Positions 36,401 through 49,184 of a stretch of 64,000 bases of DNA are shown here, one piece after another. Both the position numbers and the translations under genes were made by a program. The notes under the pieces were generated by a model that was not told the DNA's origin, ran no database searches, and worked only from the letters and a program-made list of their open reading frames with translations. The first letter of the stretch is position 1; every line of letters starts with the position of its first letter. Origin of the DNA: Eledone cirrhosa (taxonomy: Eukaryota); contig OZ024742.1 in assembly GCA_964016885.1 (NCBI GenBank), positions 244,776,001 through 244,840,000 on the forward strand. Direction: 5' to 3'.

Positions 36401-38720
36401 GGAAAACCGAGGACATTGAAACAGAATGGAGATTGTTCAGCTCAGTAGTTTCTACTTCAGCTGTTAAATACTGTGGGTGAAAGAGGCTTGGTGTGGCACC
36501 AGATGGCTGGAGGACACCTTGGTTCAATCAAGAGTTCAAAGATGCCATCCGAACAAAGAAGTAGGCCTACAAAGCTTGGCTTGCACATATGTTCTCATTC
36601 TTACACTTGCGGTAAAAGCAGGCATGAAAAATCACAGTAGGGGCAGTAAAGGTGTCCAAAATTAAGACATGGAAGGACTTTGGGGTTAAGCTGTAATATT
36701 TGACATCAGATCTGGTAGAGCATCTGCCAACTTTGTGATAAAAAGTCCTCCTTCACACCTGTTATCAGGAATGCATCCAGGGTTCTCCTCTCTTCTGAGA
36801 GGTGCATCCTTACGAGTACTTTGCTGATCTCCTAAACCCGATCACAACTGCATATTCTGATGTACACGAGGTGCGTCTGGGAGTGATGACTAATCTCTTG
36901 GAGGCTGAGGTCACAAGAGCAGTTAAAGAGCTCAAATGTGGCAAGGTCCATTGGGGAAGATGAAATCTGGCCCAAGATGTTAAAAGCCGTAAGTAGACTC
37001 ATATGTACTGGATGGCCTGTATCTCTAGAAAGGCACCTAAGCAATGGTAATTGGGAGTGATTATCCCAATTTTCAAAAAGGGAGACAAGAGAGATTGTTC
37101 CAATTACAGAGGGATCTCTTTGTTAAGCTTCTTCGGTAAAGTTTATGCTAAGTGTCTGGCAAAGAGATGCAGGGAGATTGTCGAGTCCAAGCTAGCTGAT
37201 GAACAGTGTGGTTTTCACTCCAGACACAGCACAGCCAACCAAATATTCACACAGGTCTTCAAGAAATCGTGGGAGTATTGCCAAGAAGTATATTCTTGTT
37301 TTGTAGACCTTGAAAAGGTATATGACTACATTCCTCGGGACCTGTTGTGAAAGATTCTGCAGGAGATTGGGATCGATGGTCAGTTTCTTGTTACATTGTC
37401 TCTATATGAATGCCCAAGTGTTTGTGTTTGGATAAATGGTGTTTAATCAGAACCAACCATTCAATGTGGGAGTTGGACTTCGCCAAGGGTGCATACTTTC
37501 ATGTCTCCTGTTCATTATTTTCATGAACAGGATTGATGTGTGCAACCGAGTCGAAGTGATATCATGACTGGCAGGTGTAAAATCAGCCAGCTGGAATTTG
37601 CAGACAACATGCTCTTACTTAATTCAATAGAAGGTGAGCTCCGGCATGCACTTGATAGGTTTGATGTTGAGTGTTGCATAGCAGGAATGAAAATCCGTGC
37701 TGCGAAAACTGAGACACTCGTCCTCTCAGGGAAGCATTTGTAGTGCACTCTACATGTGAATGGAGTTCCACTAAAGCAGGTGAGAAGTTCAAGTATCTCG
37801 GGGTTATGTTCACAAGTGATGGAAGGCAGGAGACTGAATTAAGTACAAGAATTGCAGGAGCTGGTGCAGTAATGTGTCAGCTTCAGCATTTGGTAATCAG
37901 AAGATTTAAAAGTTAAAAAGCCAAATTCGCTATCTTCAATTTGGTATTCATGCCAACCCTTACTTATGATCATGATTCTTGTGTAATGACCAAAAGAATA
38001 CAATCACAAATACAAGGGTCTTTGGAGTAATGTTACTCAATAGAGTGTGTAGCTCGGAGATCAGAGATTTACTCCAGTTAGAACCACTACTTCTATTTGA
38101 GATCACAGCTCCAATACTATGGGCATGTGGCTAGAATGTCTCAGGAAAGAATCGCTGGACAGATTTAATGGGCAAAACGAACTGGCAGGAGACCCAGATA
38201 AATTGGAGATATTTGCTTCTGACAAGACCTGCTGGAAGGAGTTTATGAGTACTCTTCCCCCACAGCCCTCTAAGGAATATGTGGGCAAAGAAAAAGTGAA
38301 TAAAAAATGAACATTCTAGCTGGCCTGCACTTCCATAAAAGGCTGTATTATCAACATTGTATACTAGCTATGGTATGTAACTCCCTTCAGCAATCATTTT
38401 CTTCGGTTCCTCAAGGTAGCAGCCTCTGAATCAACAGTGACAGCTTTACCAATCATTTAAATGTTCTGCAAATTCAAGTGCATCTTTAACCTTTCAAACC
38501 AGCTTTTAATAGCCCAAGAAGGTATTTCATTACATGTTTCATCTTCGTCTTTTTGCAAATCCACATGCAAACTTTTAGCTTTTTCTTTAATGGTCATCAT
38601 ATTATGTTGAGTCTGATTGTTGATTCACACACTGAAGATGGCAGATCTGCAAAAAGAATTTGATTAGAATAAAAGTTATTGGGAGTCTTCATAGATGCAG
38701 AAACCACCTTTAAGAAAAAC
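33490..38720 (-). mobile_element. Tigger/pogo DDE transposon remnant, interrupted by a MITE and a full-length RTE
   Basis: Minus strand VYNVDNTA.LLWKCRPAR|MFISQEEKSTLGFKDSK..LLLGGN...KLKLL.MYHSKN; LLFLDIA; NTTHLLQQMDQGV; YYLKRTF|KQL; GFEEV.ENDV. Outer boundaries approximate. Confidence 0.8.
35029..38304 (+). mobile_element. RTE LINE family A, apparently full length (~3.3 kb), decayed
   Basis: APE motifs (LTIGTWNITTL, VQVYAPN, GDFNAHVG), RT motifs (NYRGISLLS, EQCGF, FVDLEKVYD, FADN, KYLG) and TSD AAAT(A/G)AACAT at 35019-35028 and 38305-38314. Confidence 0.92.
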
Positions 38721-39869
38721 ATTAGAAAGACGAGGGTTACTTGTGTTAGTAGTAAGTGGGGAGTAGGGTCAAGGTTACATCAAAGTTAGAATATATTGAT
38801 GTAGAGGAGAGTTAAATTGTTTAGTGGATTGTTTTTCAAAATTTCTTTTATATTTTATCACAGCTGTTATAGACTGTGCTTTCTAGAGAGAAAAGAGACA
38901 AGGAAAGCTCATCACTTGTAACTGACTTATGTATCAAGTCCCATTGACAATCTAAATGGGGGCCTGTGGCCCTAAATGGATCTCATCAAATTTAGTGTTT
39001 ACTATTTAAATATTGAGAAGATATAGGATTATGCACTTGCTAATTGAGGTCATGTACTATCTGGTGGCAGGCTTCCATTGGAAAACCTTTTCTATTGGTA
39101 CTTTCTAATAATTATTGCTACAAAAGAAGGAACATTTTTACAGAAGTGGTTTCAACTGTTGGTTAAAACAATTTTGCTTTATTTACATTGTTAATACATT
39201 TTGAAATAACAAAAAAAATCACAATTTTATTTCTTATTACCTTAAAACTTCACATGTTTTATTGTCTCTTCAACTATTAACCCTTTAGCATTTACATTAT
39301 TCTATATATACTATTGTATTTTCATGGTAAAAGCTTTATCTTACATAATTATCTCACATAATATCGAATCTATGAGATTTTGATATTATTTATTTTGAGA
39401 ACAATACCTTAACATCAGTATGAGCAGCTGGTTACAGCCAGTTTTAACAGAAAGAGGTGAGAGAATTCTGGCCAGATGTAGCTGGTTTAAATGCTAAAAG
39501 GGTAAACTTTCTTTCATTCCTTCACAGAATTCAAATCAATATATCTACTGACTCCCAACATTGTATTCAACTCTTGTGGGACAAGTGATCTGTTAATAAC
39601 AATAAAAACAACAATGATAATCATGATACCAAAGCATAATTTACCTTATTCAATTAATTAGTCTGAGAAAACTATTAACTACAAGTTATTCCAATTTCTC
39701 TCAATCATCCTGGATAGGTATAACAGATTGTACAGCAGATCTTTCTTCTCTGCCATTATTTGTAAACTAGCCTCTGAATTGTTACTCACTGTACAAATAG
39801 ACAATACAGTTGAAATGTGCAAGCCTTTTTAATTATCTTTCACAACAGCTTTTAAAGCAGGAATGAAAA

Positions 39870-40045
39870 ACACTGCATTATATGATCATTACTTTCATAG
39901 AACATGATCATTATATACACATTACTTTCACCAAGCATTAACATTATATATTCATTATTTCTAGACAACGCTATTATTATACATTCATTTGTTTTCACAA
40001 ACACTATCTTTATTCATTCATTATTTTCATAAAATACCACTACCA
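39870..40045. repeat. Degenerate ~36-38-bp tandem repeat (~5 units)
   Basis: Recurring CATTATATA(C/T)ATTCATTA(C/T)TTTCA. Confidence 0.5.
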
Positions 40046-40939
40046 AGGGATCATTGCTTTCTGCAAATATAACAATTTCTTCTTTTGCACAATAATCATA
40101 GTTTATTTGTCTGTTTATAGATTCTTGTTTCTTTCATTTGTCGTTTGTTTCTGCAGCTCAGTCATCGAATATATATGTCTAGTTCCTTCTCATGACAAGA
40201 GTAATTGGCTAAAGTTAAGAAATAACTCATAACAGCAAAAATAATCGATTACATAGCAGACTTGGTCATTTCATTTCAAGAAATTGCAAGCTAGATATGG
40301 CTTCTGAATCAATTCTCCAAGGTAATAGATCATTTGGGCCATGAATATATTGATCGTACTGTTCATTCGCAGTTGTTGTTGAAATGATAATTCAATCATT
40401 GTATCAACACTTTCAGATTGTGTTATTTCACTCCATTACTAAAATCTTCCAGGTTTTCTGATTAAACCCTTTCCAAATATTCTTATTCACACAATCATTA
40501 ACTTCCACATTAAAAAAACAGAAGAAATTGTATTATCTTTCAATTTAATGCCTTTATAAAACCTTTCTAATTTTAGTTTTTTTTGTATCTAATCTGTTTC
40601 CAATAGAAATATATTTTTGTTAACCTGTTTTTCTTATGATAATGGCTTTATTATTGTTATTGCTCTTTCTCCATTGAATTTGTTTCACTTCATTTATGTT
40701 TTTAATACTCTTGGGCATTTCTATTCTCTTTCCCTAAAACCACAGGTTTCATCTCTTTCTAAAAAATAATTATTATTTTGCTGTTTACTATTGACTGACA
40801 ATAATTTCTCTGGTGATTCTATCCCTTCAGCTATTATCTGCTTATATTACAACACAAAAAAGTAATACTCTAATTTTAACCTGAAAATATTCAATATTTC
40901 GGTGTTTTTGACCTTTAAGAAGAAAAATAGAAATGGTTG

Positions 40940-41205
40940 TATATACAGTGCCAACCGCCTTCACACCATACTGTTCTCGATGAAGTCATAAAGCATGGCT
41001 TGGATGCTGCAAGCTTCTTTTCCCAGCTTGAGCCAGCGGAGCTGAAACGAAGGGACGGCAAAAGGCCAGACAGCATGACTATCTTCTCATTCCACAGTGG
41101 TAAACACCTCATCTGGGATGCTACATACAGCGACACATTCTCCAGTGGCAACCTGGTGCAGTCTGCGATTAACCCAGGTTCTGCTGCACTTTGGGCTGGG
41201 TAGCC
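40940..41205 (+). mobile_element. CRE/R2-group non-LTR retrotransposon, restriction-like endonuclease fragment
   Basis: HHTVLDEVIK..L....LEP..L.RRDGKRPDSMTIF.FHSGKHLIWDATYSDT (RPDG..W..G..LxWD motif). Confidence 0.75.
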
Positions 41206-42024
41206 AGTCTGCTGGTGCTGTGGGGCAGCCAATATGTGGGCACTCATTTGCTCATAATAGTGAGAAATGGGGAGAGCAGGAGAGACAGAGGCAGTGACAG
41301 TGAGAGTTTGGTTCCTTTGTGTTCAGACCTGGTGTATATATATGTTTCATGGACACACACTCGCACTGAAGCAATTGTGTACTGCTATCTACTTCTTTCA
41401 TTTGTTGACATTAAATGTATCAAAGCAAGTAATTCGTTCCTATGATTGAAAAATGATTTTATTACTGTTTTGTCTGTAATCTATACAGCAAAACATAATT
41501 GATAAGGAATATGGAAATAATATTTGTCTTATACATGTTTGTGAAAGTTTCAACACCATTTGAAAGCCTTGTCAGCAATAAATATTTTCGGCCCTTTCAA
41601 TGACCATAATAGATGGACCAATTTTTATAAAGTAGGTCCATTTTTCACATTAGTTATTCCTCAAAAAGGAGGACCTCATAAACTATGAGCTTGGCCTAGG
41701 AGCAGGCTCATAACAGACCTTGCAACAGTATTGAGTGGAAATCTCTCATCACCCAATGCTTCATGGGGAGCTGGAGGAACTGAGCTAAGTTAATTTGTGT
41801 TATGTTGTTGCAGAATAGTTCTACTAGAACAGATCTGTGTCATGGAGAAAACCAATTGAGAGCAACCTAACATAATTATATGTTGATATAATTGACTAAA
41901 TTCCTATGAAGGAGATGCGCCTGCATGATTGCAAAATGAGAAGTTATAACCTTTACAGAATCAAAATTGCACCGCTGATTCCATTGATTGTAAACTTCGT
42001 GATCAACTGTTCACATCTATAGTG

Positions 42025-42427
42025 ATAATTTAAAATGGTAAATTTATAGAAAGACATCCCCACAGATTTCAGAGGGAAATAATTTTTTTCCTTGTTTATT
42101 CCATGTGCTATCAATTAAACTTACCTCCTAATATGCTGCAAAGGACTTTTTTCCCCCCAGAAAATGGAGGGGAAAGAGAGGTAACCTTGGACCTGCCCTC
42201 CCCCTGGAGTTTTCTTTACCCTAAACTTGTGAGAGGGGAGTGAACAGTCTGAGGGCTTCCTCTCCATTTTCCATGGAAAAATCTTTTGCAGCATATTAGG
42301 AGGTAAATTTAATTGATAGCACATACCAAAAAAATGAGGGGGGGGGGGGCAGAAAAAAGAGGAAAAAAAATTATTTCCTACTGAAATAGGTGGGGGTGTC
42401 TTTCTATAATAATACATTTAAAATTAT
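42025..42427. mobile_element. Foldback-type MITE with long (~150 bp) imperfect inverted arms
   Basis: TTATAGAAAGACATCCCCAC pairs with GTGGGGGTGTCTTTCTATAA; TGTGCTATCAATTAAACTTACCTCCTAATATGCTGCAAA pairs with TTTGCAGCATATTAGGAGGTAAATTTAATTGATAGCACA. Confidence 0.75.
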
Positions 42428-43119
42428 TTAGTATCATTAAAAGTTTAAACTTAAAATTGCTGAAATTTAAGTATTGTTCAAAATACATTTAAATAGACTT
42501 AGCCTTAAGCATAGATTATTTTATATTTTGTTATTTTCTTTATTATTGTATGTAGCCGTTTCAGATAGATGATATAATAATGTTATATATGTTTATATAT
42601 AGATTAGAAGTGATCGAGACTGCGTAAATCTATATATGAATTTATACATATTTAGTATATAGTCATGTAAACATGCCAAATATATGTATTTCCCTGCTAA
42701 TTGAGAAAAGAAAAAATGATAAACACCTTTAACTGGCTTTCAAGCCTAGTTGAGCTTCATCTAAACAGCCACAGGGAAATATGTGATCGAGGGCCTTATA
42801 TACCCTATTTTTCTTTGCAGGTCCCCCACCCTTCTTCTTTCTCCTATTCACTATAAATGCCAGCTTTTAAAAAAAAGTTAGGTCCTTTTTTCTTTTCTTT
42901 TTTTGATTCTCTCCCTTTATGGAATCCATCCACCTATCTATTTACCTCCTTCTCTCACTCTCACTCCATTCTTCTCTCTCTATCTCTCAACACACCTATC
43001 CTCCTATTCCCCCACCCCCCATCACTCTCTTTCTACTTCTCCCTCATATTATCCCTCTACACATCTACCAACTACCCCATACTCTTCCCAATTACAATTT
43101 TCCGCCTCCAACATCCCAG

Positions 43120-45520
43120 TTAAAATGCCCACCTCTCCTCAGCCCACTGCCCCAACTGTAACAGCTTCTTCCACACCTTTCTTACATCAATCTCACTTAG
43201 CGGACGTTGGAATCCCTGAACCGCTGGCACTGCCTGTGATACCTATCCCCCTCAACACCACAGGTGCCTGGCACAACGGGGACCTGAACCAGTTCAACTT
43301 TGGGCAGCGCCCTGGTGGTGATCTCTGGCCTCAGACAGTCACCACCAAGTTCCACAAAACTGCCTGCTCTGTCTCGCAGTTGAAACGCTAGTGTTGTCCA
43401 TCAATCGAGCGCTTGACTTGGGCAGCCCGCAAGACTGAACTAAACTGTTCAGTTTTGCAACCCTTGCACTCAGGATCCTGATGGGAGGGAACCCAACGGC
43501 GGGGGAAAGATCTGGGCCTTCTCTGACTTTGTTGTTCATGGGCAATATTGCTTCTTTCTGCGATCCTTCACCTGTGAGCCTCTTGGCCCTCTGGTGTTGT
43601 CTACCAGAGCCAAGAGAGTGTACACAGTTCACTTCTGACTGCAAGAAATGTCTCCAGGACAGAGTCAACTTCAAACTAATTGAGGGTGGCGTTTTCGCTG
43701 CAGTATGTGTGTTGGCCTCGAGCGACACTGTACTCTAGACGACACTGGATATCTTATCAACGCTTCACTACAAACAGCCAGACCTCTCAGTTGACATTTT
43801 GGACATCCTAGCCCTGGCTGTGTCTTGTGAGGATGTAGTAGCTGCCCTGAGATCCTTTCCTGGGAGCAGCAGTGATGGAGTGAACGGTCTGTGTCCTGGC
43901 CATCTCAGCAACCTTATCTCACCTCACACTGATGAGGCAGGAGCATGATTGGCCCAGTAGATCACAGCCCACACCAACTGTCTTCTTTGTGCCAACTTGC
44001 ATTGCCATGCCCGCGATCTTTACTTCTCAGCCAGTCTGACCACTCTGAGGAAGAATGACGGAGGCATCTGCCCCATCGCAGTGGGCTATGTTTTCCGACG
44101 ACTTGTAGCCAAAATAGCTTGCAAGTCAATCAAAGAGGACCTGAGTGAGGCAGTAATCCCTGTCCAGCTCGGAGTGGGAATCAAGTGCAGATGTGAGGCT
44201 GCAGCTCATGCGGCCAGACACTTCATAAAGCATGCACCTCCTTGTAAGCTGGACATGAGGAACGCTTTCAACAGCATTAGGCAGGATCACATCCTAGAGA
44301 GGTGTCTCAGACAAGCCTCTCAATTTACCCTCTTGCTCACTTCTCATATGGAAGATCCAACATACTCATGGCCGCTAACCTCAAGGTTACTTCCGCTATG
44401 AGTGTCGAGTAAAAAGACCCACTTGGCCCGCTCCTCTTTGCGCTGGCAATTGATGACATTGCCTGCTCTGTCCGATTGCTCTTCAAAATTTGGTACCTGG
44501 ACAATGCGACCATAGGGTGGCTCGGCTGAGATGGTAGTTGAGGACATTTGGCTAATCATCCTAGCTCTAAAGCTCCTTGAACTTGTAATCAAACCATCTA
44601 AGTCCAAGGTGATAAACGATAGCTACGGAGAGGCCAAAATCCACGACGGTGTATTCAGCATCCATCCCATCTTGTCTGGGGCTTGGCTAATGTGGAAAGA
44701 CACTGCCTGCATTCTCAACTCTTTAATTCTCTCAAAAGCCATACAAGAGTGTCTGGGGACCATCATGCAGACCTGTTGTGAAAGGCAGAGAAGCTGCACC
44801 TCATTCACTCTCACCCGGTACTCTTCTTCTTGTAGAACTGCTTCGCCCTTCCAAAATTTCATTCACATTGCGTGGTGCATCTTGTCGCCCCCATGCAGAT
44901 TACCTCAGTAAACTCGATGCCACCACCCAACGCTGTGCAAAATTCATCTGCAATGTCAGTTTCGACAGCACCAACTGGCCAAAGGCGAAGCTCCCTGCGA
45001 GGTTCGGTAGCCTCAGCCTCCGATCCACTTCAGATCTGGCACTGCCAGCCTACACCCTCGTCAGCGATGTGTTCAACAAGACGGTTGAACCTGACATGGC
45101 CCCAAAACTTGAGCAGGTTCTGGTCGACTGGACCGATGAAGACCTTCTGTCCCGTAGTATACAAATATCCAATGTAACTAGGATGACATCAAGTGCAGGT
45201 CTTCCTTGAGACAGATCGAGTCTGGCTTGGACGAACACTGCCTTGCAGCCAAACAACTGTGCATGGCCCAATTTAGTGCCCTCCTCATCAACCGGTACTC
45301 TTCCAGTCACCATTCGAAACTTCAGGTGTCCTCGGACCCTGTACTGTCAAGCTCTTCTGTAAAATCGGAATGTTAGCAGCCCATCTGAAGAAGGAGCCCT
45401 GCAAGGTGGGGTGGCTATCGCAGCGGGTGTCACTGGCCAATGTCCGCAGAAATGCCTTTGCAGTTTTGTCCACGGGGCACCACCAAAACACTGTCCTGCC
45501 CTAGGCATGAGCCTGTCATC
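43120..45520 (+). mobile_element. CRE-clade-like non-LTR retrotransposon, decayed RT
   Basis: LRKNDGGICPIAVGYVFRRLVAK, PVQLGVG..CEAAAH, KLDMRNAFNSI, DPLGPLLFALAIDD, WYLDN and AKLPARFGSLSLRS; many frameshifts. Confidence 0.82.
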
Positions 45521-46494
45521 TTCTCTTCCCCCTTTCTTCCGTGGCCTAATAGTCCTTGCTTTTTCCCCTCCTTTTCCCATCATTTAAGGCATTTATAATC
45601 TTTTCCTTTACTTTCCTATACAGCCAGACCTGCCCTTTTTTTACCCCTTCCCCCTCTTTTCATTACTTAATTTCGTTTTTATCTTTCCCCCCCATATTTC
45701 CATCATTGTATAACTTTGGTTTGTAAAATATAGTAGACAATATGTTTATGTATAATTGATTAATTTGATAGAAAACTAAAAAAAAAATTCTTTGACTAAC
45801 GCCAAACCCCCAAATATTTATAAAAGTAGCCTGAAATGGACGTATTAATTTGCATATCATTAACTCTTATGTTTGTAGTTAATTAAAATATATATTAAGT
45901 TGTGTAGGGAAAGACATATTTGACATGTCTATCGACTAAAAATGTGAAAATTTATATAGTCTCGGTTAATTCTATTCTGTATAATGTTTGGTAAACACAG
46001 ATCTGTATTGAGTGTGCTGTTCTACTCCAGCTCTGAATACAGGAGTCGATGTCTCATCAGGCGGTTAAGTAACTTTATAGGTGTTCTGAGACTTATCAAC
46101 TCTCCCGTTTGGGGGCATTTTCTTTCATGGTACTCCCCGTTTGGGTTTTTAGAGGTTGGCAAGTCTGTGTTTGGCCCCATCCACCGCGATACCAGAGCTA
46201 TTCGAGATCACCCACTGATGTAGGCTGCGAAACTCCTTCACAACAGCACAATCTTAGGTGAGTTTGACGTTGTGACTCCACCCACCTCAGCGACGTGCAG
46301 AGCTTTGGTGATGCCCGTGGAAAATCTTGATTGTATGCCCCAAAGACTCAAGTATAAGGCCTAATATACTGAGAAATATTATGAGAAAGGAAAACATTTT
46401 GAATATATAAACATATATGAAACATGAAATAAACGCTTTATTCGATTTTAATATAAATCAATCAAATTTACTAAGTTCTTTTCTTCAAATGATA

Positions 46495-46645
46495 CCTCCT
46501 GTTACAAACAAAACACCTGAACTACTTCACTTCTTACATCAGCTGCGAGAAATTCTTTTTCAATGTTTATTAAAGCCAGATTGGTCAGTCGCTCCTGTGA
46601 CATATAAGACCTCAGATATGTTTTTATTAATTTCAGTTTTGACCT
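46495..46645 (-). pseudogene. hAT transposase C-terminal dimerisation domain fragment
   Basis: SKLKLIKTYLRSYMSQERLTNLALINIEKEF. Confidence 0.8.
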
Positions 46646-47739
46646 GAAATTCTAAGATTACTATCTTATTTCCTTCTCTATTTGAATGCTCTCATCCAAA
46701 GGATACCCGGGGCCAACGCCCCCCCCCCTCCTCACGTATCAGATCAACATGAAATTCGATGGGTCTTGTGTTGTGACTGATCAAAGATATAACTTCATCA
46801 ACTAATAATTGTAAATGATGGAGGCTCAACTTAATTACTGATTCGACTAAAATAGAGACATTTTATATTACCATAAAAATTGTAATCGTAAAAATGTGAA
46901 CTCTGTTTGACATGGAATATTGGGTTTAGTACTTTTATAAAATTTCAGTTGAAATGTTAAACCACCTGCTCAATCTCAAATAACAGAGCTGCATTGTATT
47001 GTTTAGAAAAGCTTTTGATTTGGGCACTGTGGGCGAAGATTAAACAAAAAACAAACGAACAAACATGATAAATAAAATAAAAGGTATATGAAATGAAAGC
47101 GGCGACAAATTTAGAGCACTCACAACAGAACAAAGATGTATCTCTGTTGTAAAGAACAGGATTAACATAAGTTCATGGTTGACTGCTAGTGAGGTGTTAT
47201 CTTCGCCGGAGTTTAATTGACGAAGAGGTAGGGGATATTTCAGAGAAGTCAGTCAGTAACTAAAAGAAAAAAAAAAAGAGAGACAGAGAGGGGGGGTCTT
47301 TCGTGAATCTGTTAAATGCTGAACAAGCTTTGTCTGTTGTCTGTGTCACTCCACGTGCTAACAAAATATTGTTAGTTGCTGTTTAAGGTTCACACGACAC
47401 AGACTCAAGTCTTTCAGCTCCTTCCCCTTCTATGTCTTTATCTTATTTATCTTCTTGTCAACCACTCGGTTTTCCTTTGTCCCTTCCTTACCTACGACTG
47501 TCTGAGTCAATTTATGTATGTATTTTTCGTCTTACAAGAAAAGTATTCGTGAAAGCAGGATAAAATAGACTGCTGAAAAGGTCAGTATGTGAGACGATTA
47601 AGATAAACGGCTATACGTGTGTGTAACCTTAAAGAAAAATATCAATGTATACAACTTTCTTTTCATACAATCATATAGTGTATACTGCTGCATATGTATC
47701 ACTTTCCTAGGTTGCAGATCTCAGATCTAAGTAAAGGGC

Positions 47740-48130
47740 TGCCGTAATTAACAGTAATTTGGTGAAAGGGGAATCGATTAAATCGACCCTAGTATTTTAT
47801 TGGTACTTTATTTTATTGACCCCCTGTCCACGAAGGTTGAAAGGAAAAGTTTACTTTGGCGGGATTTGAACTTAGAACCTAAAGAGCCGTAACTTAATGC
47901 TACAAAGCATTTTGTCGGACGCTCTCATAATTTCACCAATCCACTACCCTTATTGATAATGATTTCTAATTTAGGCACAAGGCCTGCAATTTGTTTTATT
48001 TTCTAGTCGATTATTTTGATCTGAGTAGTTGATTGGTATATTATTTTAACTACCCCTTCAGGGTGAAAGGCAAAGTTGACTTCGGTGGGATATGCAAACT
48101 ATTGAAGAGCGATGGATAAGAGCAAACAGG
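47740..48130 (-). mobile_element. Two old Meta-domain SINEs
   Basis: GGCGGGATTTGAAC and GAAAGGCAAAGTTGACTTCGG motifs. Confidence 0.75.
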
Positions 48131-48919
48131 AAACTCCGAGGAATAGCTGGGGTTAGTGATACTTTCTTCCAATTGTATCTGCATATAAGAAAGAAGTTAG
48201 AAAATCGTGAACAGATATTTGCGAATCTTATTTCTTTCATAAATGAATTTTATCTTTCCAGTTAAAATCTTGTATGTTACATGTCATTCGTATTTCAATA
48301 TTTATTTTAATTTTTTTTACATTCTTTCGTAACTCTAGATTCTTGTTTTGTAATTTACATTAATTTTTTTGTTCGACTATTTAAACTAGCATTCCGACAT
48401 TTTGGCAAGCCAGTAAATTTATTTCTTCTGGCAAAGAAAATGTCATTTGTGACGAGCAGTTTTTAAGGAGCACGAAAGAGTTCATTCTTCTGGGAGTGCA
48501 ACAGCTCGAGTCGTCTCTAGAACTTACGTAATTGCTCTTCTATTGCGGCACCACATTTAGGAAATAAGTTTTCGAAGTTCACAGGTATTGGCGCCGTGAA
48601 GGGGAAATTTATCCAGCGGATTGTTTCTAATGTGATAGGATGTTAGTGATATTTAGAGACAAGATGCAATATGTACTTTACATGTATATATCATAAGATA
48701 CAAGTTAGACCAAATCTAGTATAAAATTATTTTAGCTTCCCCCCCCCCCCCTCTCGTAACACCATAATCAACAAAGATTTTTGAAAGGGTTCAGTAAAAT
48801 GTCTCTAATTTTATATATTTATTTATTTATTATGCTGGTGTTGCCCAACTTAAATCGTATGATACTATTCTTGTAAGGAGAAGGTTACGGGTGCAGGGAC
48901 ACGCCTTATAGAGGGTCCT

Positions 48920-49165
48920 ATCAGAAGTAGTTATCTTTAAATGATCTGAGCTTAGAGATGTTATCCAACCATCTTGTTCGTGGTCTCTTACCGGTTGTCT
49001 TTGCCCCTAAAATTCAAAGAAGTAGCGGCTTTACCTGGATGAATCCAGTTTGCTCGCTTGTATTCGCGATCCTATTCCTTCGGCCATTACGCAAGATTTA
49101 TGGCCATAGGTAAGGGTAGGCACGAACACCGAATTGGAGAAAGCAAATTTAGCTTTTACACCTAC
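48920..49165 (-). mobile_element. RTE family A fragment
   Basis: GATGTTATCCAACCATCTTG and GTAAGGGTAGGCACGAACACCGAATTG are shared with other copies. Confidence 0.65.
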
Positions 49166-49184
49166 CTACCTACCTTCCTTCTGT

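Noticed and set aside
40145-40327. Possible plus-strand exon (TTTCTGCAG...ATG GCT TCT GAA...CAAG|GTAATA)
   Set aside because: Only 8 codons with no recognisable homology; such signals are frequent by chance.
42115-42130. Perfect minus-strand splice donor AG|GTAAGT
   Set aside because: Lies within the arm of the foldback MITE.
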